DNA of 64,000 bases from Bacteroidota bacterium (GTDB taxonomy: Bacteria; Bacteroidota; Bacteroidia; AKYH767-A; 2013-40CM-41-45): assembly GCA_016711505.1 (NCBI GenBank), contig JADJSV010000002.1, forward strand, positions 199,674 through 263,673, in the 5' to 3' direction. Below the pieces are notes generated by a model. The model searched no databases, was not told where the DNA came from, and saw only the letters and a list, made by a program, of their open reading frames with translations. Each line of letters begins with the position of its first letter. Positions within the stretch are counted from its first letter, which is position 1. Of the stretch, positions 21,979-33,160 are shown one piece after another. A program made the position numbers and the translations under genes.

Positions 21979-22123
21979 GGTTAAAAATATTTATTCTTTG
22001 GAAGTTTTAATGATAGCAGTTCTGGGAATTGCATGTAAAGTGGGCACTTAAGTGCATCAACCTCAGAACTGCTTATCGGAACTAGACGAATGAGTTTAAT
22101 TCATTGGCTGATTCCTAAGTAGT

Positions 22124-22708
22124 TCAATTTATAAGCCGTTTAAAACTACAAAACAAAAAATTCTGAATGGTGTTGAACGGTGTCTTGTGATCTTCGGTCA
22201 AACATTTCAGTTTAGTAAAACCATCACTTAACTGATGTTGAAGTTCTTCTTCAGTATATTGGTGTACATCAAGCATACTGCATTTTTTCGGCCCCTTATC
22301 TGAAAAAGTTCCTATAACCATATATCCATTTACAGCTTGTCGTGCAGTTTCGAGATAAACATTCATATCATCTGAACTTGTAAGGAAATGGAAAGTTGCC
22401 CTGTCGTGCCAACAATCATAACTCGATGAAGGTTTGAACTCTGTTACATCACTCACAATCCAATTTACTTTTATAGCTTTTTCTCCAAGCCGTTGCTTCG
22501 CCCTATTAATTGCCGTTTCCGAAATATCGAGAACAGAAATATTTTCATAGCCTTCATTGAGTAGATAGTCAACAAGATTACTATCACCTCCTCCTATATC
22601 AATTATATTTGCAGACTTCGGCAAATTAAAGCTATGAAAAAAATCTAATGACGTTTTAGGGATTTCTTGTGTCCAACTAACTTCATTTGGTTGCTTGGTT
22701 GAATACAC
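22124..22708 (-). CDS. Class I SAM-dependent methyltransferase (TehB/TPMT-like), small
   Basis: 'NIIDIGGGDSNL' glycine-rich SAM motif. ~194 aa. Its start overlaps the upstream ATPase gene by 26 nt. Confidence 0.65.
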   Translation of the reverse strand: MYSTKQPNEVSWTQEIPKTSLDFFHSFNLPKSANIIDIGGGDSNLVDYLLNEGYENISVLDISETAINRAKQRLGEKAIKVNWIVSDVTEFKPSSSYDCWHDRATFHFLTSSDDMNVYLETARQAVNGYMVIGTFSDKGPKKCSMLDVHQYTEEELQHQLSDGFTKLKCLTEDHKTPFNTIQNFLFCSFKRLIN

Positions 22709-24590
22709 TTTTTCCCAATGTCATTAGATTTAAACTTATCAATATTACTATTAAGGTTACACCAACATCAGCAGCAATCGCAAAAACCAAATTGCTATAA
22801 CCCATAAAAGCGAGAATAATAAATATCACTTTTACGGCAATTGCTCCTGTAGTATTGATCTTGATTGTTCTGAGTGTTCTTTTCGAAAGTTGAATTAGAA
22901 AAGGGATAAGGGAAAGCCTATCATTCATTAATGCAATATTAGCAGTTTCAATAGCTGTATCACTTCCTGCTGCCCCCATTGCAATCCCAACAGTCGATTG
23001 TGCAAGTGCGGGAGCATCATTAATACCGTCACCTACCATTGCAACATTTTTATACTTTGTTAGAAGAGCTTTTATTTTTTCTGATTTATTTTCCGGCAAT
23101 AACCCACCATAGCTTTCATTTATTCCTACAATTGCAGATGTGTGTTTAGCAGCTTTATCACTATCTCCTGTCAACATAATTACATTTACTCCCATATTTT
23201 GAAGCTGACTTATTGCTTCTTTACTGTCCGGTTTAATTTCATCCATTAAACCAATGATTCCTGCAACACCATTACCAAAACTTACAACTACACTTGTTTT
23301 CCCTTCTGAAGAAAGTTTTTCTACTATTTTTTCTGCTTCCTCAGTCACAGGTTGATGCTCTTCTATAAAACTTAATTTACCAATGAAAATGGTTTCATCT
23401 TCGCAAACAAGACACTCCGCAATTGCACCTTTACCCGCAACACTTTTGAAATTCTCAACTTGATGCGGAGTTAATCCTTCTTTTTTTGCCGCATCAATAA
23501 TCGCTTCCGCTAAAGGATGTTCAGAAAAAACCTCTGCACCCGAAGCACAGGCAAGTAATTCTTCTTTATCAGTTCCATTCATTGGAATAACATCTGAAAC
23601 GATTGGCTTCCCAAAGGTAATAGTTCGGGTCTTGTCAAGACAAATAGCTTTAATCTTTGCCATTGCTTCAAGATACTTACCACCTTTAATTATAATTCCC
23701 TTTGAAGAAGCATTTCCTATTGCAGCATAAATAGCGACAGGAGTAGAAATTACTAAAGCACAAGGACAAGCTATCACCAACAATGTAATTGCTTGCTGTA
23801 ACCATTTTTCTAAAGGTTGATCTAAAATGAAAACAGGTATGCAAAAAACAAGAACTGCCAAAATAATAATGGAAGGTGTATAATACTTCGAGAATTTTTG
23901 AATGAACTTCTGTGTATCTGATTTTGTTGCTTGAGCTTCAAATGTCAATTTAATGATCTTTGAAAAGGTAGTGTCTGTTGACAATTTAGTAGTTTCAATT
24001 TCGATGAAACCGTTCTTATTGAGAGTTCCAGCAAAAACAAAGTCCCCTTCATGCTTGTCTTTAGGAATTGGTTCGCCTGTTATTGCAGCTTCATCAACTG
24101 TTGTATTTCCTGACACAATCTTTCCATCCAATGGAATCATTCCGCCCGGTTTAACTTGAACAATTGAACCTATGGCGATTTGATCAATCTGTATTTCACC
24201 ACCTTCCTTTAATGTAGCTATTTTAGGTGATTTAGAAACCAATTCATCCAGTGCATTCTTACTGTTCTCGATTCCTATATCCTCTAATCTTTCACCCAGA
24301 ACATAAAGGACAATTACAACTGCTGCCTCTGGATATTCCTTCAGATAAAATGCACCTACAACTGCTATAAGCATCAATAAATTAATACTACTAAATTTAA
24401 GCTTCACAAGCGCTTTTAATCCGTTCCAAAGGACGCTGTAGCCAAATCCTATAATTAATACTGCAAATACATACGGAGCGTATAGAGGAGGCACTTCTAT
24501 TCCAGTGAGAGAAAGAATTTCAAGTGTTACAACTACTATTACCGCAAAAAGAAGAAAGAGAAATTTTTTATCGTTTATTGGTATCTTCAT
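22683..24590 (-). CDS. Heavy-metal P1B-type ATPase, Zn/Cd/Pb (ZntA/CadA-like), with no N-terminal metal-binding domain. The phosphorylation motif reads DKTRT instead of DKTGT.
   Basis: CPC in TM6, 'AADVGVTL' in TM8 (Zn-type Asp), TGEP, GDGINDAPAL. Codon cga (R) sits in 'CLDKTRTITFG'. Confidence 0.85.
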   Translation of the reverse strand: MKIPINDKKFLFLLFAVIVVVTLEILSLTGIEVPPLYAPYVFAVLIIGFGYSVLWNGLKALVKLKFSSINLLMLIAVVGAFYLKEYPEAAVVIVLYVLGERLEDIGIENSKNALDELVSKSPKIATLKEGGEIQIDQIAIGSIVQVKPGGMIPLDGKIVSGNTTVDEAAITGEPIPKDKHEGDFVFAGTLNKNGFIEIETTKLSTDTTFSKIIKLTFEAQATKSDTQKFIQKFSKYYTPSIIILAVLVFCIPVFILDQPLEKWLQQAITLLVIACPCALVISTPVAIYAAIGNASSKGIIIKGGKYLEAMAKIKAICLDKTRTITFGKPIVSDVIPMNGTDKEELLACASGAEVFSEHPLAEAIIDAAKKEGLTPHQVENFKSVAGKGAIAECLVCEDETIFIGKLSFIEEHQPVTEEAEKIVEKLSSEGKTSVVVSFGNGVAGIIGLMDEIKPDSKEAISQLQNMGVNVIMLTGDSDKAAKHTSAIVGINESYGGLLPENKSEKIKALLTKYKNVAMVGDGINDAPALAQSTVGIAMGAAGSDTAIETANIALMNDRLSLIPFLIQLSKRTLRTIKINTTGAIAVKVIFIILAFMGYSNLVFAIAADVGVTLIVILISLNLMTLGKSVFNQATK

Positions 24591-24601
24591 TTGAATTAAA
24601 A

Positions 24602-25234
24602 TTAAATTAACCTGTGAGTTTGGAGCATATACATAGAATACTTTTCACCATGTTGGACTTTCAAGTGAGCTTCCTCCAATCTTATCTGAATCTGTATAAT
24701 AAAATATGTTAGGACGAGGGTTGTTAAACTTAATGCATTAGGTAAAATCAAAAACAAACCGGAAGCCGTCAGGATCATTCCTAAAAATACAGGATTGCGG
24801 CTTATTTTGAACACGCCACTAGTAACAAGATCCGTACTGTTAATTTCATCAATTCCAATTCGCCAGTTTTCTTTCATTTGTTTTTGTGCTATACCTATCC
24901 AAATCAAAGAAGCGTGGATGATAACTAAGCCCACAATTTTGGAATTCTTATTATCTAAATAGTGAATTGAGCTAAGGAAATTGTAATACTTATCACTTAA
25001 GGAATATAGACAGATATTTAATGCAATCCCTATGACTATTATTTTCATTACAAGACCAATATAATCATGCACACTGTCTGACCGCTTAAAAGTTATAGGA
25101 TTTATTCCTTTTAACTTATAAACACGGTAAGACGGAATAATGAATATAAGTAACAGATAAATTAATAAATAGATTGGCAAGTATATTTTAAGAATGTTAA
25201 TCATGTTTCTAATTTTAATGTTCGTGGGCTTCAC
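24602..25234 (-). CDS. Isoprenylcysteine carboxyl methyltransferase (ICMT/PEMT)-family membrane methyltransferase
   Basis: Multi-TM protein ending 'GVFKISRNPVFLGMIL...EEAHLKVQHGEKYSMY', the ICMT-family C-terminal signature. GTG start. Confidence 0.6.
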   Translation of the reverse strand: MKPTNIKIRNMINILKIYLPIYLLIYLLLIFIIPSYRVYKLKGINPITFKRSDSVHDYIGLVMKIIVIGIALNICLYSLSDKYYNFLSSIHYLDNKNSKIVGLVIIHASLIWIGIAQKQMKENWRIGIDEINSTDLVTSGVFKISRNPVFLGMILTASGLFLILPNALSLTTLVLTYFIIQIQIRLEEAHLKVQHGEKYSMYMLQTHRLI

Positions 25235-26458
25235 CCTGATTAGTCATTTTGGCTAATAGAAAAAATGCGCCATTCACTACTACTTTGCTGTTTTGAGGTA
25301 TATCCTGAAGCAATGAAATCTCAGAATAGCCAATATCGGTAGTCCCTTTTTTAATTGCTATTCTTTCAAATGTAAGAGAGCCTTCAGGTAATTCTTCATG
25401 ATGCTCATGATCATGTGCCTCCTCACTTTTTCTGCGGTTGAATGCTTTTCTTCTGCTTCCTTTTCAGTTACAATAAATATAAAGTCTTGTCCTTCACTGC
25501 TTACAATAGCGTTTGTTGGTATTGCATCAACAGTGGCATTCTCTAAACTAACTAAAGCTGTAATACTCATTCCGTCAATCAGACCTTGCCGATTACCTTT
25601 TACGGTAGCATGTACTGCTATTGCTTTAGTACTTTGTTCAAATGTATTGCTGATTGCAAAGACGTCTGCATCATACTCCTTACCGGGATTGTTGGTTAAC
25701 GTAAAGTGAATAGTTTGAGCTACTTTTAATTTTGCCAAATCCTTTTCATATACATATAAATCCAAATGCAGTTGATCATTATCTACTATTTCAGCAATAG
25801 GATTATTAGCTTCTACATAACTTCCTATGTTAACAAGTACATTACTTATCGCACCATTGATTGGACTTTTTATATTTGCAACAGATTGAATGTTGTCAGA
25901 TGTAATATTCTCTGTATTAAAACCAATTAATTCCAACTGTTTTCTTAAACTTGATTTTCTCGCTTTTAAGGACTTTAATTCTGATTCGGCACTTTGCAGA
26001 TTTTTCAAAGCGCCTGCATTTCCCTGCTGTAAATCTTTTTGCCTTGCAAGTTCCTGTTCTGCAAATACGGATTTTGCAGAAACATTTATGAATTCTTCTT
26101 GCATTATTATAAATGAATTGTTTGAAATCGTTGCTATCACTTGTCCCTCTCTAACTTCATTTCCGGTTTGAACTAGAATCGATTTAATTACTCCGCCCAA
26201 TGAAGCAGTTGCAGTAGCTCTATTTTGATTGGGTACTTTGAGAATACCATTGGCCTTTAATGAAGCCGTTAACTGCTTTTTCTCAATATTTCCTAATTCT
26301 ATTTTGATTGATTTTATTTGTTCCGGTGAAAGCGAAACCGAATTTGAAAACTCCTCTGATTCATGATGCTCGGTTTCTTCTTCCTTGTGATTATGATTAT
26401 CTTTACAGGAAGCAAAAAATGTCAGTGCAATAGCTGCTATGGTGATTATGTTTTTCAT
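25216..26458 (-). CDS. RND efflux membrane-fusion protein (CzcB-like). There is a frameshift near 25440, and the true C-terminus extends to about 25216.
   Basis: The 366-aa ORF gives lipoprotein plus adaptor domains. An alternate frame gives the conserved end 'EGSLTFERIAIKKGTTDIGYSEI...VVVNGAFFLLAKM'. Confidence 0.75.
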
Positions 26459-26465
26459 TTTAAGA

Positions 26466-27665
26466 TTATTTGTTAAGTAAGTAATTTAAATTTATCACAG
26501 ACTGATTCATTTGATTGACAGCATTGAGATAGGCAAGTTGTATGTCAATTGCTGTTTGAAGAGCATTGAGATACTCGATATAACCAATTTCGCCGGACTT
26601 TAGACCAACGCTAGCTGTATTGGTAACAACATCTGAATTGTTTAATCCTGTTGATCTATAATAGCTATAGACAGAACGACTCTGCTCATACTTATTCAAT
26701 GCATTCTGAAAATGGACTACAATATCCGTTTTCATTTTTTCTTTCTTTTACTAATGATTGCTGCCTGAATTTATAAGACTTGATCCGTGAACTGCTGCTA
26801 AAGAAAGTCAGAGGTATATTAACACCAAAATTAAATCCTGTAAATCGTTTATCAGATTCATAGTAAACTTCGCTACCATTTACATTCTGAAAACCAATTA
26901 TACTTTGATTGTTATATCCAATACTAAATTCAGGAAGAACATTTGCAGATTCTACTTGCTTTGTTTTCTCCGCAATCAAAGCCTCTTGAAATATCAGTTT
27001 TAATTGAGGATTTTCATTGAGAAGGAAGTGTCCGTTAATTCTGTAAGATTAAAAATCAATGTGTCTGCTTCCGGGATCAACACAAATTCATCTTTTAGAT
27101 TTAAAAGTGATTTTAATGAAAGATAGACTTCTGAATATTCTCTTTCGTATTGTGTCTTTAAGATAGTTAATTGTCCCCGTTTTGATTCTGCTGTTGCTTT
27201 CTCTAGCAAATTACTTTCACCGCTTTTATAACGTACTTCAGAAGCACTTACAAAATTGGAATAAAGGCTATCAAGAGAATTGAGTTTAACATTTACGTTT
27301 CGTAAATACTGCATTTGATAAAATAACGATCTTATTCGCGTTCTGACTTCATTGATTTTTGCATTCCCTTTTAGCTCTGCACCTTCAAATTCTGCTTTAT
27401 ATAAACCAGCCTTTGCTGAATAGACCGTAGGAAAAGGAATATTTTGCTGAATTGACAATCCGTTATCCTTATTGATGCTATTATATTGACCGTATTGATA
27501 TTGAATCTCTGTTTTAGGAAGTTCAAATACAGATTTTTTTAATGCTGCTGAGGATTTTATATTAAGTTGTTCAGATTGGATTTCTAAATTGTCTTTTAGT
27601 GCTTTATTTATTGCATCAGGCAAACTCAGATTTTGCTGAGCATTTACTTTAAATGACTTAAGCAA
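26466..27665 (-). CDS. TolC-family outer-membrane efflux protein, fragmented into 3 ORFs
   Basis: ORFs 27000-27665, 26692-26979 and 26466-26735 together give OEP-like N-terminal, middle and C-terminal segments. Confidence 0.7.
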
Positions 27666-30600
27666 AATATAGCAATAATCATCGTCGAACCGATCTTTAC
27701 TTTACGTCCTGAATAGAAAACCAGATATAGCAAAGGAAGAATAAACAGAGTTAAGAAGGTCGCTGAAAGCAAACCACCTATTACTACGGTTGCCAGTGGT
27801 CGCTGAACTTCTGCACCCGCTCCATGAGAAAGAGCCATTGGAAGAAATCCTAATGAAGCTACAGTTGCTGTCATAAGAACCGGACGCAAGCGCATCTTTG
27901 TACCAGTTTTAATTCTTTCAATAATATCTGACATTCCCTCTTTTTCAAGTTGATTAAACGTTCCTATCAAAACGATTCCATTTAGTACAGCTACACCAAA
28001 TAATGCAATAAAACCAACCCCCGCTGAAATACTGAAAGGCATATCTCTAATTAGTAGCGCAAACACACCTCCAATAGCAGACATTGGTATTGCAGAATAA
28101 ATAAGAGTTGCCTGTTTAACAGAATTGAAAGTGAAATATAGCATCAAAAATATTAATGCAAGAGCCACAGGTAAAGCAATCAGTAATCGTTTACTTGCAG
28201 CTTGAAGGTTTTCAAATGTTCCGCCATAAGTATAATAATATCCTTCCGGTAATATTACCTTCTGATCTAGTTCTTTCTGAATATCTGTAACAACGCTTTC
28301 AACATCTCTCCCAGAAACATTGAAGCCGACAACAATCCTCCGCTTACCGTCTTCTCGACTGATCTGTGCAGCACCTAATTCCATTTTTATTTCCGCTACT
28401 TGTGAAAGAGGAATTTGAGTTCCAGTCGCAGTCGGAATATATAAATGACTTACATCTTCAATGTTACTTCGATTTGCGCTATCAAGTCTCACAACCAAAT
28501 CAAACTTCCTCTCATTCTCATATACAACGCCCGCAGATTGTCCGGCAAATGCTGTACTAACAATGTGATTAATATCTTCAATATTTAATCCATAGTTTGC
28601 AATCTGTGAACGGTTATAGTTAATGACAATTTGCGGAAGACCTTCAACTCTTTCAACACTTGGTTCTGTAGCTCCTTCAATGTTCTTCACAACTGAATTT
28701 ACTTTATTCGCATAACTTACTAGAGTATCCATATTCTCACCAAAGATTTTTACAGCAACATCTTGTCTAATTCCTGTCATAAGTTCATTAAACCTCATTT
28801 GGATTGGTTGGTTCTTTTTCAAAGAAAACTCCGGGAATGACACTTACTTTTTTCAAATTCTTCAGCAAGTTCATCGTATGTAATTTCTCTTTTCCATTCA
28901 TCAGGACTTTTTAAAATGATCATTAAATCTGTTGCCTCAGGTGGCATTGGATCGGTTGGCACTTCACCTGCTCCCGTTTTACCGACAACCATTTTTACCT
29001 CATCAAATTCTTTTATTAAGCGGGACGCTTGCATTGAAGTTTCAAGACTTTGAGAAAGCGAAGTTCCCTGAGGAAGAATACAGTGAAAAGCAAAATCGCC
29101 TTCTTGCAATGTTGGAATAAATTCTCCACCCATTCTTGAAAATATGAACACTGCAAGAATAAAGAAGCCAATTGTAATGGCTACAAGCGTTTTTTTAATT
29201 CCGATTGCCTTTGCAAGCAGAGGAGCATATTTACTTTGCAAATAGGACATCATCTTGTCGCTGAAAGTTTTCTTATGACTTAAGTGCTTAGGTAAGAACA
29301 AAGCGCTCATCATTGGGATATAAGTCAATGAAAGAATCATAGCTCCTAAGATTGCGAAGGCTACTGTTTGTGCCATTGGTCTGAACATTTTTCCTTCAAT
29401 TCCAATTAGACTAAGAATAGGAAGGTAAACGATCATGATAATAATTTGTCCAAATATTGCGCTGTTCATCATTCGTTTAGCACTACCTCCAACAGCCAAA
29501 TCCATTTCATTTTGAGAAAGTCGATTTTTCTCTCTTCGTTGCTCTATATTAAACAAAGATGCTTCAACAATTATTACCGCACCATCTACAATTAATCCGA
29601 AATCAATTGCTCCAAGGCTCATTAGATTCGCACTGACACCGAAAACATTCATTAGTCCAAGAGCAAAAAGCATTGAGAGTGGTATAGCAGACGCTACAAT
29701 TAAGCCTGCCCGAAGATTGCCTAAAAACAAGACTAGCACTAAAATTACAATTAGTGCTCCTTCAATCAGATTCCTTTCAACCGTACTCATAGATCTTTTG
29801 ACAAGATCAGTTCTATCAAGAAATGGTTCAACGATTATATCATCAGGCAAGGATTTTTGAATTGTAGTCATTTTACTTTTAACCCTATCCACAACCTCTG
29901 CGCTATTAGCCCCCTTTAGCATCATAACAATACCCCCAACAGCATCAACTTCTCCGTTGTAAGTCATAGCGCCGTACCTTACAGCACTGCCTAAACGCAA
30001 CTCAGCTATGTCCTTTATTAAAATAGGAATTCCGTTCGGATTTGTTTTAACTACAATGTTTTTGATGTCCTCAAAAGTTCTAATTAAACCAACTCCTCTT
30101 ATAAAATATGCATTTGGTTTTTTATCAATATATGCTCCTCCGGTATTCTCATTGTTTTTTCAAGAGCAGTAAAGACCTCCGGTATTGTTATTCCCATTGC
30201 AATAAGTCGATCAGGATTGAGTGACACTTCATATTGCTTCAATTGTCCTCCAAAACTATTCACCTCTGCAATTCCCGGTGTTCCGTAAAGTTGTCGGGCA
30301 ACAATCCAGTCCTGCATAGTGCGAAGGTCCATTGAAGTGTATTTGCTTTCACTCCCTTTCTTTGGGTGAATGATATACTGATAAACCTCTCCTAAACCTG
30401 TGCTGACAGGGGCAAGTTCCGGTTTGCCAATTCCGGCGGGTATATCTTCTTCCGCTTCTTTTAGTTTTTCATTTATCAGTTGACGGGCAAAATAAATGTC
30501 AACCTTGTCATCAAACACAACAGTAACTACAGAAAGCCCAAAGCGCGAAATGCTTCGCAACTCCACAAGGTCTGGAAGATTAGCTATGCTTTGTTCAATG

Positions 30601-30802
30601 GGATAGGTTACTAATTGTTCAACTTCCTGTCCGGCAAGTGTAGGACAAACAGTGATGATTTGAACTTGATTATTTGTGATGTCAGGTACTGCATCAATTG
30701 AAAGTTGGGTTGCACTCCATACGCCCCAGATTATTAGTGCAAAAGTCATCAAACCAATGATGAACTTGTTTTTATGCTAAACGCAATTATTTTATCGAGC
30801 AT
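27644..30802 (-). CDS. czcA: CzcA/CusA-family heavy-metal RND efflux pump, second copy. It is full length but lies in at least 4 frames.
   Basis: ORFs 30099-30752, 28819-30000 and 27644-28843 cover the N-terminal, middle and C-terminal parts. The true N-terminus MLDKIIAFSIK (30802) is recovered upstream in another frame at an A-run. Confidence 0.85.
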
Positions 30803-30898
30803 TATATATCAGTTAAAATGAATAAATACACAGATTACTACAAAGCAAATGCTAAGTAGAAAAAGTGATTACTCGTTGACAACGAGTTTAGAAATTCA

Positions 30899-31222
30899 TT
30901 AACTGATTTTAGGCGGTTGCCAGATAGAAGAATTGTCTATTGAAAAAAACTGTTGATCGAAAAGAACAAAGTCCTGTAATGCAGGTTTGGCTTGGAAAGT
31001 AATATTTGGTAAGTAATGAATGTTCATTGCAGTTGAACAGCATGAACAGAAACAAAACGGACTGCACATGTCATCCTCCTCTTGATGATGTTCTGAAGCG
31101 CTCTGAACTGAAGAAGTGACATCAAGTTTATGCGAATCGCAAATGTCATTACAGGGCATGAGCATTATCGTCATCAGATAGATGACAAGTGAAAAACTAA
31201 AGATCCGCCTGAAAATGTTCAC
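30899..31222 (-). CDS. Small membrane-anchored Cys-rich protein (CSPFCFCSCCS motif, C-terminal WQPPKIS), a conserved Bacteroidetes family often found 5' of metal-efflux operons
   Basis: N-terminal TM helix. His/Glu-rich patch EHHQEEDD followed by CSPFCFCSCCS. It sits directly upstream of czcA-2. Confidence 0.45.
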   Translation of the reverse strand: MNIFRRIFSFSLVIYLMTIMLMPCNDICDSHKLDVTSSVQSASEHHQEEDDMCSPFCFCSCCSTAMNIHYLPNITFQAKPALQDFVLFDQQFFSIDNSSIWQPPKIS

Positions 31223-31333
31223 AAGGCAAAAGTAGTGAAAGTTCCTAAATTACCAATTTTTGAAAGAAAAGTGCTTTTTCATGTATTTTTCATTACTGTT
31301 TGCTCTTGTTTCGTACCTTTAATAATCTAAAAA

Positions 31334-31700
31334 ATGAAAACCATGAACGCATTCCATAAAATGAAGGTTATTTTCACCTTACTTTTCTTATTTACGATTT
31401 CGAATTTCATACAAGCAAAAGATGCAGATACACTTGTCATCAAAACCAACATCTATTGTGATCATTGCAAAGAATGTGAAAGTTGTGGAGGAAAAATTGA
31501 ACGTGATTTAACTTTTGATAAAGGTATTGAAGCAGTTCAACTTGATGAAAAAAGCAATGACTATCAAAGTAACTTATAACTCCAAAAAGACCAACCCTGA
31601 AGCTATTCGACAACTAATTTCAAAATATGGTTTTGATGCTGATGAAGTAAAAGCTGATCCGGTTGCTTATTCTAAGTTGGATGAGTGTTGCAAGAAATAA
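31334..31700 (+). CDS. Secreted heavy-metal-associated (HMA)-domain protein. There is a frameshift at an A6 run.
   Basis: Signal peptide. 'LVIKTNIYCDHCKECESCGGKIE' is a Bacteroidetes HMA-like CxxC region. A second frame gives 'MTIKVTYNSKKTNPEAIRQLISKYGFDADEV...LDECCKK'. Confidence 0.6.
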
Positions 31701-32261
31701 TGGCATATAAAACATCAATCATCTCATAACGATTGCGCTTTTTTATAAAAAAGTCAATTTAAATTTACTGCAATTTTAAGAATGTATAAATATTCAAAAG
31801 CAAAGTTGAAAAAGCAATAAATATATTTTTTAGCGTTTTACTCTTTTGGGACTTTTTGTTTGCCCTTAGGTGACTTTTCTTTGCTGCAAGACATACCTGA
31901 AATGTATCGCCACTGTAAAGCGACTGAAGACAAGGACATGACACCTATTGACTTTGTTACAGACCATTTGGTAAACATTGATAGTCTGTTTGACAAACAT
32001 GAAAACGGTGACGAACAGAAACCACACTCTACAAATCAAACACAGCATCACGGACAGAAGCAGGTTACGCTCATTACTTCCTTTGCCTTTTTTCCATTTC
32101 ACAGTTTATCAAAATGAGTCCAAACCATCAATTCCCAATTTAAACTTTCTTCCATCAGACTACATCACAAAATTTTTTAGACCTCCGATATTTGCTTGAT
32201 CTTTCGTAGTTGCTTTTTATTAAGCGACAGTTCAATTTCAATAACAATTAATCAAGCAAAC

Positions 32262-32686
32262 AATGAAAAAAATAATTTTCGTTGCAATGGTTCTTTTATT
32301 GCCTTTGCGACATGTTTGCCCAAGGCAAAACACCAACGGCTGTTACGACAGCGTTCAATCAGAAATTTCCAAACGCTACTAAAGTAAAGTGGGACAAAGA
32401 AAATGCTCACGAATACGAAGCATCGTTTGTACAGAATGGTGAAAACTATGCAGCCAACTTTAGCGACACAGGCGAATGGGGTTAGAAACCGAAACTCCAA
32501 CTACTTTTAATCAACTTCCAAATCAAGTGCAGACAGCGTTTAATACTTCACATAGGGGGTGACGCCAAAAGCTGTTTCAAGAATTGAAACTTCCAAACAA
32601 GGGACAATTTATGAAGTGGAAATGAAAGGAGGTTCAAAGACTGTTGAAGTATTTTACAAAGCAGATGGAACAGAAGTGAAAGAATA
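32262..32686 (+). CDS. PepSY-like (beta-lactamase-inhibitor-like) two-repeat secreted protein. There are 3 frameshifts, one at a G5 run.
   Basis: Repeats 'TAVTTAFNQKFPNATKVKWDKENAHEYEASFVQNGENYAANFSDTGEW' and 'TTFNQLPNQVQTAFNTSH...AVSRIETSKQGTIYEVEMKGGSKTVEVFYKADGTEVKE' sit in different frames after the signal MKKIIFVAMVLLLP. Confidence 0.5.
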
Positions 32687-32740
32687 ATAACCAAAAAGGC
32701 AAAACAATAAAGTGTTTTGCCTTTTTTAATCTTAAGCAAA

Positions 32741-33157
32741 ATGACAAAAAATAAAAAAATAATTCAGCAAGTGTTAGGAACACTTGTGGCGGCAAACGCA
32801 ATCATCTTTCTCTTGCTTGCTTATCTGCATGTGTTTTCCGACACACCAAGAGCCATTGTATTCATTGACTTTTGGGGACGGCTATGTGTCTATTCACTTT
32901 GGTTTACGGGCTATGCACTTTACAGAAAGTATTTACCACAGAAAAGCATTTTAAAAAGCATCATCATTACTATTGTATGCTTAAACATTCCTGTTTTTTT
33001 GACACTTGGTTACATGAATAAGCTTTCTCCCGACTTAGCAACACTACCATTTATTGACTTTTGGGGGCGAATAACAGTATATTCATTGTGGTTTATGGCA
33101 TACGAATATTACCGCTACTATATTGGCGACAATTCAAGTGAAACCGAGACAGTTTAA
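32741..33157 (+). CDS. Hypothetical membrane protein with an internal duplication (FIDFWGR...YSLWF motif twice)
   Basis: 'AIVFIDFWGRLCVYSLWFTGYALYRKY' and 'TLPFIDFWGRITVYSLWFMAYEYYRYY'. Confidence 0.35.
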   Translation: MTKNKKIIQQVLGTLVAANAIIFLLLAYLHVFSDTPRAIVFIDFWGRLCVYSLWFTGYALYRKYLPQKSILKSIIITIVCLNIPVFLTLGYMNKLSPDLATLPFIDFWGRITVYSLWFMAYEYYRYYIGDNSSETETV

Positions 33158-33160
33158 GCC

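Noticed and set aside
23953-29120. Plus-strand ORFs 23953-24159, 25398-25709, 25890-26171, 28366-28560 and 28932-29120
   Set aside because: All are embedded antisense in ATPase, MFP or czcA genes. Low-complexity translations.
31860-32199. Overlapping small ORFs on both strands (31860-32117 plus, 31866-32102 minus, 31978-32199 plus)
   Set aside because: They are mutually exclusive, with no motifs and no clear start or signal. They may be a broken small gene, but I cannot support a call.
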